Assembly: GCA_040954595.2 (NCBI GenBank)
Contig: CM082582.2
Location: 6,884,063-6,948,062, forward strand
DNA length: 64,000 nucleotides
Reading direction: 5' to 3'
From: Balanoglossus misakiensis
Taxonomy: Eukaryota; Animalia; Hemichordata
In this document: piece by piece, positions 12,625 through 26,222 of the stretch
Numbering within the stretch: the stretch's first letter is position 1
Layout: each line of letters begins with the position of its first letter
Position numbers and translations under genes: made by a program
The notes under the pieces: generated by a model
What the model was told of the DNA's origin: nothing
What the model saw: only the letters and a program-made list of their open reading frames with translations
Database searches by the model: none

Positions 12625-12800
12625 TGTTTGCTAGCATGTTTTGTGTTATCATCAGCTTTGTTTGGAAAACTATTTTCGATTATATTGTACAGTATGTACG
12701 TGTGGGCAAATGTTTGCGTAGTCAATACAAATTACCGCTAGCGTTTCGTTTGGCTAAAACGTTGGTGGCGGACTTCAATGGAGAAGATTGATAGAGGGCG

Positions 12801-12827
12801 TACATACATACATACATACATACATAC
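12801..12827 (+). repeat. (TACA)n microsatellite abutting the Gypsy LTR
   Basis: Seen directly. Confidence 0.85.
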
Positions 12828-14685
12828 TGTTATGGAATTACTATTCCATGTGATTTATTATTTGGCATGGTGTTTTTCTATGGCTTCACTGTCGTAGTGG
12901 TGTTACCATGGTGACCGTTTTTGGGCTGTCTTGTATGATTGACAAGGATGGAAGGGTTTCCCCCATCTTGCCCTGGGTGTATCTACACCAATCAGAAGTG
13001 CGTTCTGGGTCACATGTTTAGCCTCGATTTAACCTGCGCTGTTTGTGAGAGGGTCGAGCGGGTCCGTCTGCGCTATCGGTTTTCCGTAGGCGGAACGCCC
13101 GGGCTTCCGTCACAATTGGTGGCAGCGGTGGGATTGTTAGGGCAATTTTAGTTCAGAAGCCCCTTTCGAATATTCGCCAAGGTCTGGATCGGCGCAGCGG
13201 TCAGGTTTGGTCGATGAATGTTGTTCGTTGAGAACGGTTGTATTGTTGTGTGCGAAAGAGAGGTCACAGGAGTTTGTGGCGTGTTTAGCACTCTGGGCAC
13301 CGTACTCCTTACGGGATCTGTTAACGCAGGTCAGTGCGACACGGCTACCGCAGGCTTTTGTATCGCCTTCTTTTGCTGTGATTTAGAGCTATACAGTGTT
13401 CATTTTAGGCATTCATCGTCCGATCTGATCTCTGTGTCGAAAGCATTGTGTCCGGTAAATTGCATCATGGCTACTTATAGCTCTGGACTTGTGCGCTGTT
13501 TGGGTCTACGCGTAGACCCTAACAGCGTATAAGTCCAAAGCTAGGCTACTTATACAGGGGATACGAATTTATCGCAGGATAGGGAGGTTGTTTTCAACAG
13601 TAGGTTTGATTCTGGGTACGAGAGAACAGACGTCAATTCTACGGTCATTTCTGATGAAGCCCTAAAAACTCAGCTCGTTTCATCGGGCACAGGGAGAAGG
13701 TCATGCAGGGGTCGTGGCAGACATCTGAGCGTTTCCTCAGAGGCAGTTAGTCGGAATACTGGGAATGAACGCGTTGTCGGTAGACGACTAGATACAATGG
13801 AACGATCAGTTTGTGATATGGCACAACTTCAAACATTTATGCAAACGTTTTGGGAAGGGGGGGGGGGGGCGAGGCAAATTTAGGTAGTGTCCATAGTACA
13901 CCTAAGACAGGCATAGACAATGTGCATCCTCATTTGACTGAAACTGGACTTATATCTTGTGCAAGCAGATGGTTCAAAACTTGATATAGCAGGCAGCGTT
14001 GCTGTGCAGATTGAGATTGGTTCTGAGAAAATTTACACTTCTATTCTTATCGGAAATTATCTCGATGGATCTCCAGGAATTCTGGGTATGGATGTTTTGA
14101 CTAAATTTGGTTGTAGCCTCAATTTACAAAATTGTACAGTTTCTGTGGGCGACCAAGTTTTTTCCACAAGTCCTGAAAGGTTAAATCCATTTAGATGTAG
14201 ATTACAGGCTGCTTCTCATGAAATAATTCCAGCTGGGCATGAGGCAATTATTCCAGCCAGAATGGCAAAACAACCTAGAAAAGGTCAGCTAGGTCATGAA
14301 AGTCTGAAAGGTCAAAGTTCACGGGCATCTCACTGAAAGGTCTGCAGTGAATATGCTGTGTTTGTCTGAGTTAGTGGCTACTGTAGAGCCTACAGCTAGG
14401 CGTCTGTCCTGGTAAACCCGGGTCAAAGGTCATTACCTGTAAGAGTCATAAATTTAGGGACAAAGGACATAGAGGTCAAACAAGGTCAGGTCGTAGGTTT
14501 ATACAGATTGGAGAGAGCAGTTGGTAATGTCAGCTCTCCGGTTGACATGAACCAGTGTGACAAATCAGCTGTTGTGCAAAATAGTGCGCCCTCTAGTGGC
14601 AACACTTGTGAAAAGCATGACAATGGGAAATCTGTTTCCCTGGGCATTGAGAAATTGCCATCACATTTAGTGGATTTGTATCAAT
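12828..14685 (+). mobile_element. Truncated, degenerate Ty3/Gypsy-type LTR retrotransposon (5' LTR, PBS, gag remnant, protease region)
   Basis: LTR TGTTATGG(12828)...CCGTCACA(13114), then a PBS. ORF 13959-14336 encodes the C-terminal half of a retropepsin (QADGSKLDIAG...GILGMDVLTKF), followed by LPVRVINLG..EVKQGQVVG, typical of the post-protease segment. No RT, integrase or 3' LTR. Right end approximate. Confidence 0.85.
13117..13135 (+). promoter_or_regulatory. Primer-binding site complementary to the tRNA-Leu 3' end
   Basis: TGGTGGCAGCGGTGGGATT, starting after a 2-nt spacer from the LTR end, is the reverse complement of ...AATCCCACCGCTGCCACCA. Confidence 0.85.
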
Positions 14686-15399
14686 ACTTTCATGTGTTTA
14701 ATTTTCAAGTTCAAGGCCAGGTTGACCCTCCAAAACCAACAAGAATGCATTATTATCCAATTTTATTGGAAGCTATTGACAGCATCAGCTGAGCTGGTTA
14801 ATTACAAGTATAGAGATGGTTAGCAATGACGTCACACCGCAGAAAATGTCATATATTCGTAGATATTATCTACAGTGTCGTGCATTGTCCTATAAACCAT
14901 AGTTGAAACAATAATACACCTCTATCATCACTCCTCATCTTTTAACAGTGTAAAACTGCATGTACAGTAACGTGTACAATATTAAATTGGCCAGGAAATG
15001 AATCATTTTTCATATGGTCACCATCATTATGGACGTTTTTTTCCTTCAAAATCATGGGTAACACCCATGTTTAAATGTGTATTAACGAAAACTACAACCA
15101 ATTTAACTTTCATCTGATACCAATTCCCCGCTTGGAATGCTTTCAAAAAAAACTAGTACGCAATGTATATGAGCTATTTTAATACGCAGTGCACATGTAT
15201 ATCAGTCCAGTGGTTTGACAATGTAGTGGTAGATTCCATTAATAAAACAGTAAGAGTAATAGACACAAAAATGGCACAGAACCACCATATGTGTAAGAAG
15301 AAAGTATATACGGGGTGATAAATGAATAAGACTGGCAAAATAGCGAATATTGCTTTTACGACCTCGTATATCCGCTTCCGTGAGTATGCGGCATTTCCG

Positions 15400-18300
15400 T
15401 TATACTTGTGCATATGTGATTTGATGAGCAGTAATATTCATAAATGTTGCGTTTACCGACGTCATATTAATCGCTGTACCGTTCAGCCTGTCAAACACAT
15501 CTACATCTTGATATAAAATTCCTGTGAAAAAAAATGAATTAAAGTTTTATTTTATTTTATCTAACGCTGACCTTCCGTACACATTAACGTAGCAAGGATG
15601 TTTACACAAATAAATCGACCAAAGCCAAGTAATACCTTTATACAAGTAATAAAGGTTCAAAATAAGCATTAAAGTAGATGGTTTCAATGAGTACTCACCA
15701 GCTATGCACGCTGTCAGAAAGTTGGCGGCGTTCCCGGCAATCATCGCCCGCACAACAACAGTATTGATATCTCTGCCCCTGCGAGGAGCGATACCCAACA
15801 GCGTCCCCATGGTCATTCCAATACCGGCAATGTGTGAAAAGCCGCAGAGGGCGTATGTGGCTATCACTTCGGAACGAGGCTGGAACGGAGAAAGCAAAGG
15901 AAAGTTAACAATTTTGATTGTGTCAGGGGAGTATCCCGTGTACTTGAGCTTAGAAACCCCTTCATCTATAAGCCTACTTGTTCGTTGGCTGTCCCTATAG
16001 ACGCTGAAAACAGGCAGCGGTAAACTCAATTTTGCACGAGGATATCTTACTATGCAATAGGGTATTTGATAAAACATTTATGGCCCCGATATCTATTTTT
16101 GCGCCCTCGGTAGAGGAACTGCCCTCCCACGGTCAGGACGCCTCCGCCGTACAACCTCGGGCATCAAAATACGCAAAGATTACAAAGAGTCATAAAGATT
16201 ATAAGCTCAATACGATTTCCATAAGCTTTTATACACCGAAGCACATGGATCAATGTATATTCAATACTCACGGACAACTGTGGTTCTAAACCAAGCTCAC
16301 GATTTTCCAATATGACTGATAGCTTCTTGAAAGATACAAGTACACTGGTCACGATCTTCATACCAATAAGTTCGCCAACCAGGAAACAATCTTTCCAGTC
16401 GACCCCCATCAGATACGCAATGGGCATGAACACCCATGCGCAGATGAGCTTTTAATGTAAAAACAATATCGATGGATGAATTTTGACTGATTTTAATCAC
16501 TTAAATTACGCTAATCAAGGAATTCAACATAGGCTTTAACAGTTGTATATCACCTATGGTAATGCCTGGAACTTGAAATCACATTTCACCAAAACCTCCG
16601 TTGTCCGAGACTTACCTCAAAACTCAGGGTTGGAACGCCGACCAATCCCCCAGCCCACGACAGGAACGCGTTGACAAATTCCAACAACGCCAAGAAGACT
16701 ATGAAAATGGCGCAAATGTGAACAACAATCGGGATAGCCGCCATAGCTCCTCCCCCGATGGCTTCGATGATGTTCTGATATTTTCTAATTAGGTAAAGAT
16801 AAACGTATCGTGTTTTTTAATGAAATGTAACGATATTTAACCCTGGAGTTTTGCATATATGTCACCACGACAATCTGCTATAAATTGAGACTTCATTCGG
16901 CATGTTGGCGAAAACTGATACATTATATAGATGCACCAGATCAAACCAGTTCCCATTAATAGGATGGAAACTGAAGATGTGCGTGAAAAAAATATAAACA
17001 ACAGCAAAATAGCATCACCACTTACGGCAAGTGTATTTTCGCCGTTTGAGGCGAGGATGGTAATTTTTCGACTTCAGGAAAGAACAATTTGGAGACAGCC
17101 AGTGCCGCTGGTGCTGACATGACGGAGGCAGTGATCAGGTATGACGGACTGATGCCAAGCGCGATTCCAGCTCCCAGCACGCTCCCAGCGATCGTTGCAT
17201 AGCCGGCCGTGGCAACTGCATGGAGCTCAGACACTGACATGGCTGAGATGTAGGGGCCTACCAGAATCGGAGCTTCGGCCTGTAAACAGGAAAACATGAT
17301 TCTCCTAATGCTAAAAACAGACCTACGGCTGAGATAGGCTACTTAGTGCATACTGGTTTGTTAAGATTGCCTTGAGGTCTTGATGAAGACTGATCACACA
17401 TGCAATAATATACACACAATGATCGCACACTCTTTAATCTTAAAGCTTGTCCGCGGGCAGGGGGGGGGGGGTCGATACACATTCACTGAAAACTTGGCAT
17501 AATAAGGTAATACGTACCTCGGGGACTGACATAAATGACAGCCTTCCCGGAAAATATCCCTATTTGCTATATTAAGGCGTGGGAGGATTTTTAAAAACCA
17601 AGATATAACAAAGCTTTTCTTTCAGCTATTAGACTTATCATTGGCTCTTTAATACTATACGTGACTTGTAAAATTAACTTCCCAATGCAATGCTTGGGGA
17701 AATACTGTTCCCACACATGTTAACTGTCAATTAAGCAACACAGATCAATCCGGTGAAATTTCCCAATACAACACTTACCATACTCAGGAAGATTGATCCT
17801 GCTGCGGTTAGCGACTCACTTGCCGTGGTGTGCATTGTAAACTGTAAAAACCAGGCCAGTTTCTCGATAACCAGCTGAACGAGTCCGAAGTGATAGAGTA
17901 TTGCAATCACGGAGGCGAAGTACAATACCAAGGGCATCACCTGCAATAGTGTTTGTTACTGTCAGTTTTCCATGCAACATCACGGTTTTGTAACTGCGAC
18001 AAATGGGTTTTCCTCTCAATGAAACCTCACGAAAACTCAGCAGTAGACAGAACTCATGACCAACAATGTGTATGTGACAATGATAATACAGTGTTTAAAA
18101 TAGCTGCATTTTCACTTTGAAAAAACAAAAACGATTTTTATGCAAATTAGTGACTGGGTGATCTCAGTGTCTGCATTGGATAATGTTACGGCATGCTAAA
18201 ATGCCAACTGTTCTAGCTGCTTGTCGACAAAGACTAATTATAATGACAATCGCTATTGTTGATAACGAATTCCAGTTTGGACTTGAATTCAATTTCCAAT

Positions 18301-19778
18301 AATAATAATGCCGAATTTGACTCACTGTCACCCGACATGAGTAAAATTGTGACATTCACATTGGAAAAAAATATTTCTTCGACATAAAGAAACCATACAG
18401 CTTTCGTCTTACCTTAAAGGCAAAATAATGGTTGTACCAGTATTCACCAAAGACGAACTTTGACCCAGCTTCGGTGTAGTCGACGAAGACCGTCATTTGC
18501 TCCCCAAGAACTCTGAAGGCTTCAAATCCCCATCTGGTGCGCAGGATCAAGAGTGCTAGAATTATTTGTAGAACCAGACCCCATACAACTGGCCTCCATC
18601 GGACCTGTCGAAGAGGGCTTGATGCTTAGTTTGCACATAGACACATACTTATATCAAAAATCGTTCACTTGAACCTTGCTTATCAGAACAGTATCATTTG
18701 ATGGCAGTCAAGGAAGTTCTTGCTGGGCAGATTATCCGTAGTAATATTATAATATTACCTTATCCGGATATTTCGAAAACACGTAACAGAAGAGGAGAAC
18801 GACGATAAGGCCGGCGAACGACATCATATTGGATGGGTTCTTCGAAGTGTCAATGATGATCCATATCAAGATCAGAACCAACGTCAATATGCCTGACACC
18901 CTACGGCAAATGAAAGCTTTCTGTTAAATAGACATGCATAAGAAGACCTTTGTCACATTTTATTGTTCGAGACATTTACTCAGCCTTGTATACCACGGAC
19001 TTCAAGTAACGTCTGTACAGCCATATCCTCATATGTTGCAGTTCAGACGTTTATATGATGGATACCTACCATCTTATCACATTCCAGTGTCGGTCACAAA
19101 AATCAGTGACTGGTTGGCACACGGCCACGTTTACTTTGTCTCCGAACTTGTTTCTGATTGCCACGTAGACAACACACAGAAGGACAAATGACGTCATTGC
19201 GAAGAGTGGGACAGCTTCTTCAAATGAATAGTACATGGCGTAGCAGAAGTATATGCTGTAGAGGATAAGCAGCACCGAGTAAATTCCGATCTTCAACTGC
19301 TTCTTGTACTTGTTGAGAAACCCAAAAATACCAAACTGTATTCTTCTCACTCCCTGTGGTAAGACAAAATCAGAATGATTACTAAGATGTCTTTGAAATG
19401 TGTTTTTGGATAAATTTCAGACTTATTGCCTTTACACGCTCTACTGTTAGGGCCAAACGTCGCACCTAATATCGTTTCGAAAGGTCATTCGTTGGCATCG
19501 GTTACAGAAAAAACCTCCAATATCACCTTCGCGCAGCAATTGTCCGGATCCTCCATCACTGTGACGTCAGCATCGACATCCTCCATGTTGATCACCTTAT
19601 CGCCACGGCCGTTTGTCTTTCCGTCCAAATCCATACCTTCATTGATCGGTTTTTCTGTATCTGTATCTGGAGATGTCACACGATGAGGAAGAGTCTCGGC
19701 ATTCTCTGCTTGAATATCAAATTTGAACTCCATTTGTGGGATCAACTCAAAATCATTGCCGTTAGGTGCCTTCTCCAT
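15400..19778 (-). CDS. SLC28A3: SLC28/concentrative nucleoside transporter-like paralogue A, 644 aa; exons 19778-19527, 19353-19070, 18900-18759, 18604-18413, 17940-17779, 17279-17026, 16784-16616, 16448-16272, 15879-15699, 15521-15400
   Basis: CNT hallmarks [82 protein letters not shown]. All introns GT-AG; frame open over 1935 nt. The symbol is family-level, not an orthology claim. Confidence 0.93.
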
Positions 19779-22223
19779 TTCAAATCCTTCTGTTTAAGAC
19801 AAAATATTTCACGAGACTTTGTTAATTGCCGTATCAGCGGCCATTACAAAGCAAACTTTGCATTAAATTAGAATAAGTACAAGATATAACTAAACTTGTA
19901 CCTGTTCTGTCGTTTAAAACGATGGGCCACCTGTTGTTTGTCGTGATGTGGCACTTGAGAATGTCCTCCCTTATAAGTAAACTACCTTCAAGTTGCCAGG
20001 CGAGATCTCGTAGGGACTCGCGAAGTTCAGAAAATGGTCTATTGCTCCTGTGTGGTAGCCATGTTGGTAGTTAGCTAGGCAACAGCCAGCTCATGCACTA
20101 ACGTTCGTTTCCTCTTTTACTGTTGTTTACACAGGCGCTGTGTGCTGTGAAATTGCCTTGCGAGAATGTGACGTCAGCGTGACCCCTATTGACACGGTTT
20201 GTTTGTGTCCTTCACCAAAAACTGAAGGGCTCTCACACCAGTCTAGCTCACATAGTCTATAGCTTAAATGTCAAATGCCACTACGGTTCATCACAACTGT
20301 TGAATTCTTTGTCAGATTACAGAGTACGCATTGTTCAGCTCGACTTCAAGTTTTTTTTCCATAGTTCATGAACTGCGATATTTTGCATCTTAATTTAATA
20401 CTTCATATATGGGGATTTCAAGTCCGAAGCATGCCGAAAAGTTAACAAAAACTGTTTTACGAGTCAATGTAAGTTCATCATCATGCCATTGCAGCACCCT
20501 CGTTGTAATTAGAGCGTGTCAGTATGTGGTGTCGTACATGTGTCGTTTCTTAATAAGTTTGGACGCAGCACCCCTTTGTCTTGTTGAATGCATAGGTGTA
20601 TATAACCTTGATCGGCTCCAACGTCTGCCGCTTACCTGAGTCTCGCCAAGTTAGGTCAAAGCTACTTTCCAGAGTCGCCGTATTAGAAAGAGGCGTAGTA
20701 CTTCGGTTGCCTGGATGGGGAGGTCGTCTGATCCGTGCTACCTGGATGAATGGTGATCACCGTTCTTTGGAAAATGAGAAATGCACGTGATGAAAGGTGT
20801 AGTCAGCAAGCTCCAATGGGCAAACAGGACGTGGAACGATCGCCGCCGAGTGTGCCTTTCCAGAAAGTGTCTATAAATCGAGCACACCCGAAGCTTTGTT
20901 TCCCGGGGGTCAAGCTGGCGGGGTTGGTTGGTTGCCGTGACGGTTTATTGTGACATTCAACATGCAAAGTTGTTTTTTGCAGGGGATCAAGCCAGCTGGG
21001 TTGCGGGTGGCTGTGACGTCCCACAGTGGCACAGTATGTCCCATTTTTCAACGGTTTGTTTGGACATTCCCCAGTCTAGCTCACAGAGTATATATCTTCA
21101 ATACGTGAATCGGTGCAGTAGGTTAAGACGTTCAAGCCTCGCGCATGTCGAAAGGTTAATTAAACAAAACAGTCTTACAATCGCCTCGACCTACAAGGTC
21201 CACTCCTCCACCATGTTAATGTACCACACTTGTTATGTTTAGACCGTGTCGGTATATATGTGGTGCTGTGTCCTTTCTTATGAAAGCGTGAACGCCTCAC
21301 CGCTTTGTCTTGTTTATTGGATAGCTCACTAAGGCATAGCTACGTGTACACACAGCATTGATCATCTGCCCCGAGGTCAGTCACTTATACCTTTTGACCA
21401 ATGTATATTGCTCTGGGTATTAAGTCTCGCCCAGTTTTCTGCTGAACCGTACCCTTTATCATATCACTTACAAGAGTAACTGTAGAAAGGGGGTGCGATA
21501 CTTTGATTGCCTGAGCTGAGGTCGTGAACCGGACTACATGTAATCCTTTCCAACTGAACGAATAATGAAAACAACTGTTCTTTGGGATCCAGGGGTGATC
21601 AAAGCGTTGAATAAAACAGATGCACGGCACGCAATAAGAATAGATGCATGAAATAAAACCATAAAGGCATGTTTAGTATAGGGCCGGATGGCTGCGTGTA
21701 ACGGTTATATTTATTTGGAGACTAACTAAAATATGGGGAGGCAAACTTTTTATAGACAGGCTATTTGAAATAATTTTATAAAAATTCACAATACTTTTTC
21801 TTAATCTCTGAAATAGTACGTAATAAACCAGATAGCTTTGGATAAAATATAATGTGCCTCCCATTCGTCCATTAGAACGGTACTTTCAATAGCATGAATT
21901 CGTAGAAATATTACAATTTCTTTCCAGTCATAACGACTTTGTATCAAATAAGACAATTTCGACACTATCGTCGAATTATGGCTCATTCTCCTCCAGATCG
22001 AAAATATCATCCAGATTATTTGCTCATTAGATGAACTTGTGTATGTGACATATTGTCTAATTTATTCCACCAAATTTGGTGGAACTTGCTACAGTACAGG
22101 CAATGATATAGCGGACACACGTTTATGGTACGTGTGGCTCATGTTTTCAAGCTCAGACCTCTATATAGAAATATGGTTACATGCGAGAAAGCTAATTATA
22201 TTTTCCATAGCTATCATTTATGT

Positions 22224-25200
22224 TTATGCATAATTAAGTCCATCAGTGACAGTCATCAATGTCGTGTTAGCCAGTGTCATATTCACGTCTGTACTGTTCA
22301 TTACGAATGCCTTGTTCATGTCCTCTTGAAACAGAATACCTACAGAGACGAAAGAAATATAAGTCTGCCGCAATATCAATTCTCTGTTGTCAATGACGCG
22401 TAAATTACATCCCAAATCCAGCAAAAGTACAAAAAATCCTAATTTGCCTAAGGTTTTGTATCCATCCCAAACGGAGGGAGAAATTACTCGATTTTTAATA
22501 AGTATATACTCACCAGCAATGCACGCAGTCAGAAAATTGGCCACGTTCCCGGCAATCATTGCTCTAACAACAACAGCGTTGATTGCTTTCGATCTGCCAG
22601 GAGCGATACCCAACAACGTCCCAATCGTCAATCCAATACCAGTAAGGTGGGAAAATCCGCACAGGGCATACGTAGCTATCACTTCGGAGCGGGGCTGAGG
22701 TGAAGAAATAGCGCGTATTAGAATAACATTGTCGAGCATATCCCAACACTCTATTTTATAAAGAATTAAAGAACAAAGTCAGATACTCGCCATGATTGAT
22801 AAAATACTTACGGACAATTGAGGCTCTAAACCAAGTTCACGGTTTTCTAATAATATTGAGAGCTTCTGGAAAGATATAAGTACACTGGTCACAATCTTCA
22901 TACCAATAAGTTCGCCAACCAGGAAGCAGTCTTTCCAGTCGACCCCCATCAGGTATGCAATGGGCATAAACACCCACGCGCATATAATCTGTGGAAAACA
23001 ACACAGATAACAAGTTTTGTACTAATTTGTTAGTTGATTTTTTGTTTCGTTTCTTTTCTTTGTTGTTGTCAATTCTGTTTTATATTGACTGATTTGGCTC
23101 ATAAATACTTGATGCGACCATGTGATACACATAAGAGCTGTAATTTCACGACGACGCCTCCTATCATCATAAAAGTCGTCGGACTACTTGTGGGTATTTT
23201 TTAAAAGTTGGCCGAACATTTCAATCTCCTGCTTCCAACTTACTTCAAAACTTAAGGCCGAGTAACCAACCAACCCACCAGCCCATGATAGGCAGGCGTT
23301 GATGAATTCCAACAGAGCCAAAAACACAATGAAATTGACACAAATGTTAACAATGATCGGTACAACCGATAGTGCTCCTCCGGTAACAGCGTCGATGACA
23401 TTCTGGTATTTTCTGATGATTTAGGAAAAAAAAACAGTGTTTGTCATTTAGGTGATATACTTGGCACAAAACAAACTAGGTCTACCTGTAGTTCATGTAA
23501 ATTAATTTTCAAAACAATGACCACTTTTCGTCAAGAATCAGAATAAGTCATAACTAAAATTACAATTCTCAAATATGACTGGTATTAACAGGTGACTGTT
23601 TACACTTACGGCATTTTTATTTTCCCTGATTTATATTCCGACGAGGATGGCGATATTTTCGTTTCGGGATAAATCATTTTGGACACGGCCAGAGCTGCTG
23701 GTGCCGACATTGCGGAGGCGGTGATCATCGATGACGGACTGATACCAAAGGCGATACCAGCTCCCAGCACGCTACCCGCAATAGTGGAATAACTGCACGT
23801 GGCAATCGCGTGGAGCTCGGAGACTGACATGGTCGCAATGTACGGGCCCACCAAAATTACAACCTCGGCCTGGCGACAGAGAGGAGAGAGATCTTTCAAG
23901 TGTCAATTAACACATTTCAAATACACGAATACTTGTGTAGGGGAATTATGTTGCTAGCCCACAAGTGCCCACTGTAAATCAAGACATGTTTTCAATGAAA
24001 GCCAAACTGTCGAATGTTTCCTGTGGGAACACTTGAGTTGCAATGTATTTCAAGTGTTTTACTGCGGAGAGAGAGAGAGAGAGAGAGAGAACACCTACCA
24101 AACTTAAAAAGATGCACGCAGCTGCAGCCAAAGACTCGCCGGCGGTGGTGTGCATCGTAAACTGTAGAAGCCACGCTAGTTTCTCAATAACCAGCTGAAC
24201 GAGTCCATAGTGGTAGAGGATTGCAATCACAGATCCGAAGTATAAAGTCAGTGGCATAATCTGCAAAAATGGTATATACTAGTTTTGTATAGTTACCGTT
24301 AAACATGCTCAGCTGGTGCGAGAGGGAAAATACGTTCATGTATACGAACCGTGGTCAAGAAAGTAATGGTGTTAGCAACGAAAACATATGTAGAATGTGT
24401 CTCAGACTGTCGTATGGTCATGTTGGTGGATATACATGAGTGTAAATAATTTGTTATCGTGCAAGTCTCAAAGTATACCAGTTTCACCAGGTTTATCCAA
24501 AGAACTGTTACTAACGTTAACACAAAATTTGCTTTCCCTGGTTTATAATAGCCAACAAACCGAAAAGCCAGACTTGTAACTGCGCCAGTCTTGTTGTTTA
24601 GAAATTGACCACTTGTTGTAAAAAAATGTGAACTGTCCGATTCACCTTGAAAGCGAAGTAATGGTTGTACCACAAATCCCCGAAAACGAACTTTGAGCCA
24701 GCCTCTGTGTAGTCCACGAATAACGACATCTGCTCGCCAATAACACTAAACGCTGTGAATCCCCAGCTTGTGCGCAGGATCAACAGCGCCAAAATGACTT
24801 GAAGAACCAGTCCCCACACCACAGGCCTCCACCGGATCTGCCAAATGAAAAACACGTAGATGGTGAATAAACAAACAGTGAAATATGTTTAAAACGGTAT
24901 AATTATTAATTGATTTGATCCAAGGACAATGCCTAATAGATGTACCTGAAATTAGCTATGTCGCTTTTGTTTATTCATGACTCGTTTACAATGTCGTCCG
25001 TCTACAGTACCTTATCAGGGTGTTTAGAATACACATAACAGAAGAGAAGAATGACGATGACACCAACAAAGGACATCAAGTTGGAGGGATTATTTGAAGT
25101 GTCTATGATGATCCACAGCACCCCAAGCAACAATGTCACGATTCCAGAAATCCTGCGATTATAAACATAATAATCTGTTAACTTTGACACGAGTGTTCAT

Positions 25201-25952
25201 ACATATCGCCAACACCGAAGAACGTTGCCCTGCTTCGTACAACTGTATGAGCAAAGAGTCACGTACACGTATGCGATATTATTTATTTTAACCTACCATC
25301 GTATAACATTCCAGTGTCGGTCACAAAAATCTGTGACTGGTTGGCAGACGGCGCTGTTTACTTTGTCCCCAAACTTGTTTCTGATAGCCACGTAGACAAC
25401 ACAGAGAAGGACAAATGACGTCATTGCAAAGAGCGGGACAGCTTCTTCAAAGGAATAGTACATGGCGTAGCAGAAGTATATGCTGTAGAGGATAAGCAGC
25501 ACTGAGTAAATGCCAATCTTCAACTGCCTCTTGTACTTGTTGAGAAATCCAGAAATTGCGGATTGAATTTTCTTAGTGCCCTGTGGTAATGAATTTCAGT
25601 AATAAAGAATGTATTATTTATACGGACAAGGAAGACAGAAGAGTACCATGAGTGCAAATTTTCTTTCTTTACATATAAATGTTTGTCTTTTAGTACAAAT
25701 GTGGTTTCTGTGATTTCTATAGATAACATTTTACAAGTTGTCTCATGAAACGTTGCGTTATACCTTTGAACACCAATTATCCTGTTCCCCAAGTACAGAA
25801 ACGCCATCATCTTCATCGTCTACGTTGACAACGACATCGCCATGATCATCATTTCCACTGATAGATTGGTGGCTGTCTGTGTCGCCAAACCCTTCTATGT
25901 TCAACACGTTTTGCCCTCCCTTTGGAAGAAAGACGCATGTCTCACGTTGCAT
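22224..25952 (-). CDS. SLC28A3: SLC28/CNT-like paralogue B, ~623 aa; exons 25952-25764, 25580-25297, 25152-25011, 24837-24646, 24260-24099, 23869-23610, 23412-23244, 22988-22812, 22694-22514, 22339-22224
   Basis: Internal exon lengths and phases match paralogue A (284,142,192,162,260 vs 254,169,177,181), with the same CNT motifs and an open frame. Start codon uncertain. Confidence 0.92.
24067..24090 (+). repeat. (GA)n microsatellite near an intron donor
   Basis: Seen directly. Confidence 0.85.
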
Positions 25953-26105
25953 GTATGACACTCAGATGACCTCCATCAGGGTCACAGATACCCGAAGCGG
26001 CCCAGGATACAATCATGGAAACGAATAGCTCACGTTCTGTCTTATATAGGTGTATATCTATCAGCATCAAGAGAAATTCTAAAGCAAGTCTTACGCATTT
26101 TCTTC

Positions 26106-26222
26106 ACTGGCTGACTGACTAACTGACTGACTGACTGGCTGACTTTCATTCAGTCAATCACTCACCCACCCACCCACCCACCCACAAACCCAACCACCCA
26201 CTCACTCACTCACTTACTTACT
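26106..26222 (+). repeat. Compound (CTGA)n/(CACC)n/(CACT)n tetranucleotide repeat
   Basis: Seen directly. Confidence 0.8.

Noticed and set aside
20510-21370. Weak ~100-bp direct repeats around GC-richer short ORFs
   Set aside because: Too degenerate; no recognisable protein, TSD or LTR ends.
25962-25976. Upstream ATG with an in-frame TGA (MEVI*) before CNT B, suggesting a pseudogene
   Set aside because: A downstream ATG gives a normal-length N-terminus and the other nine exons are intact; more likely a uORF.
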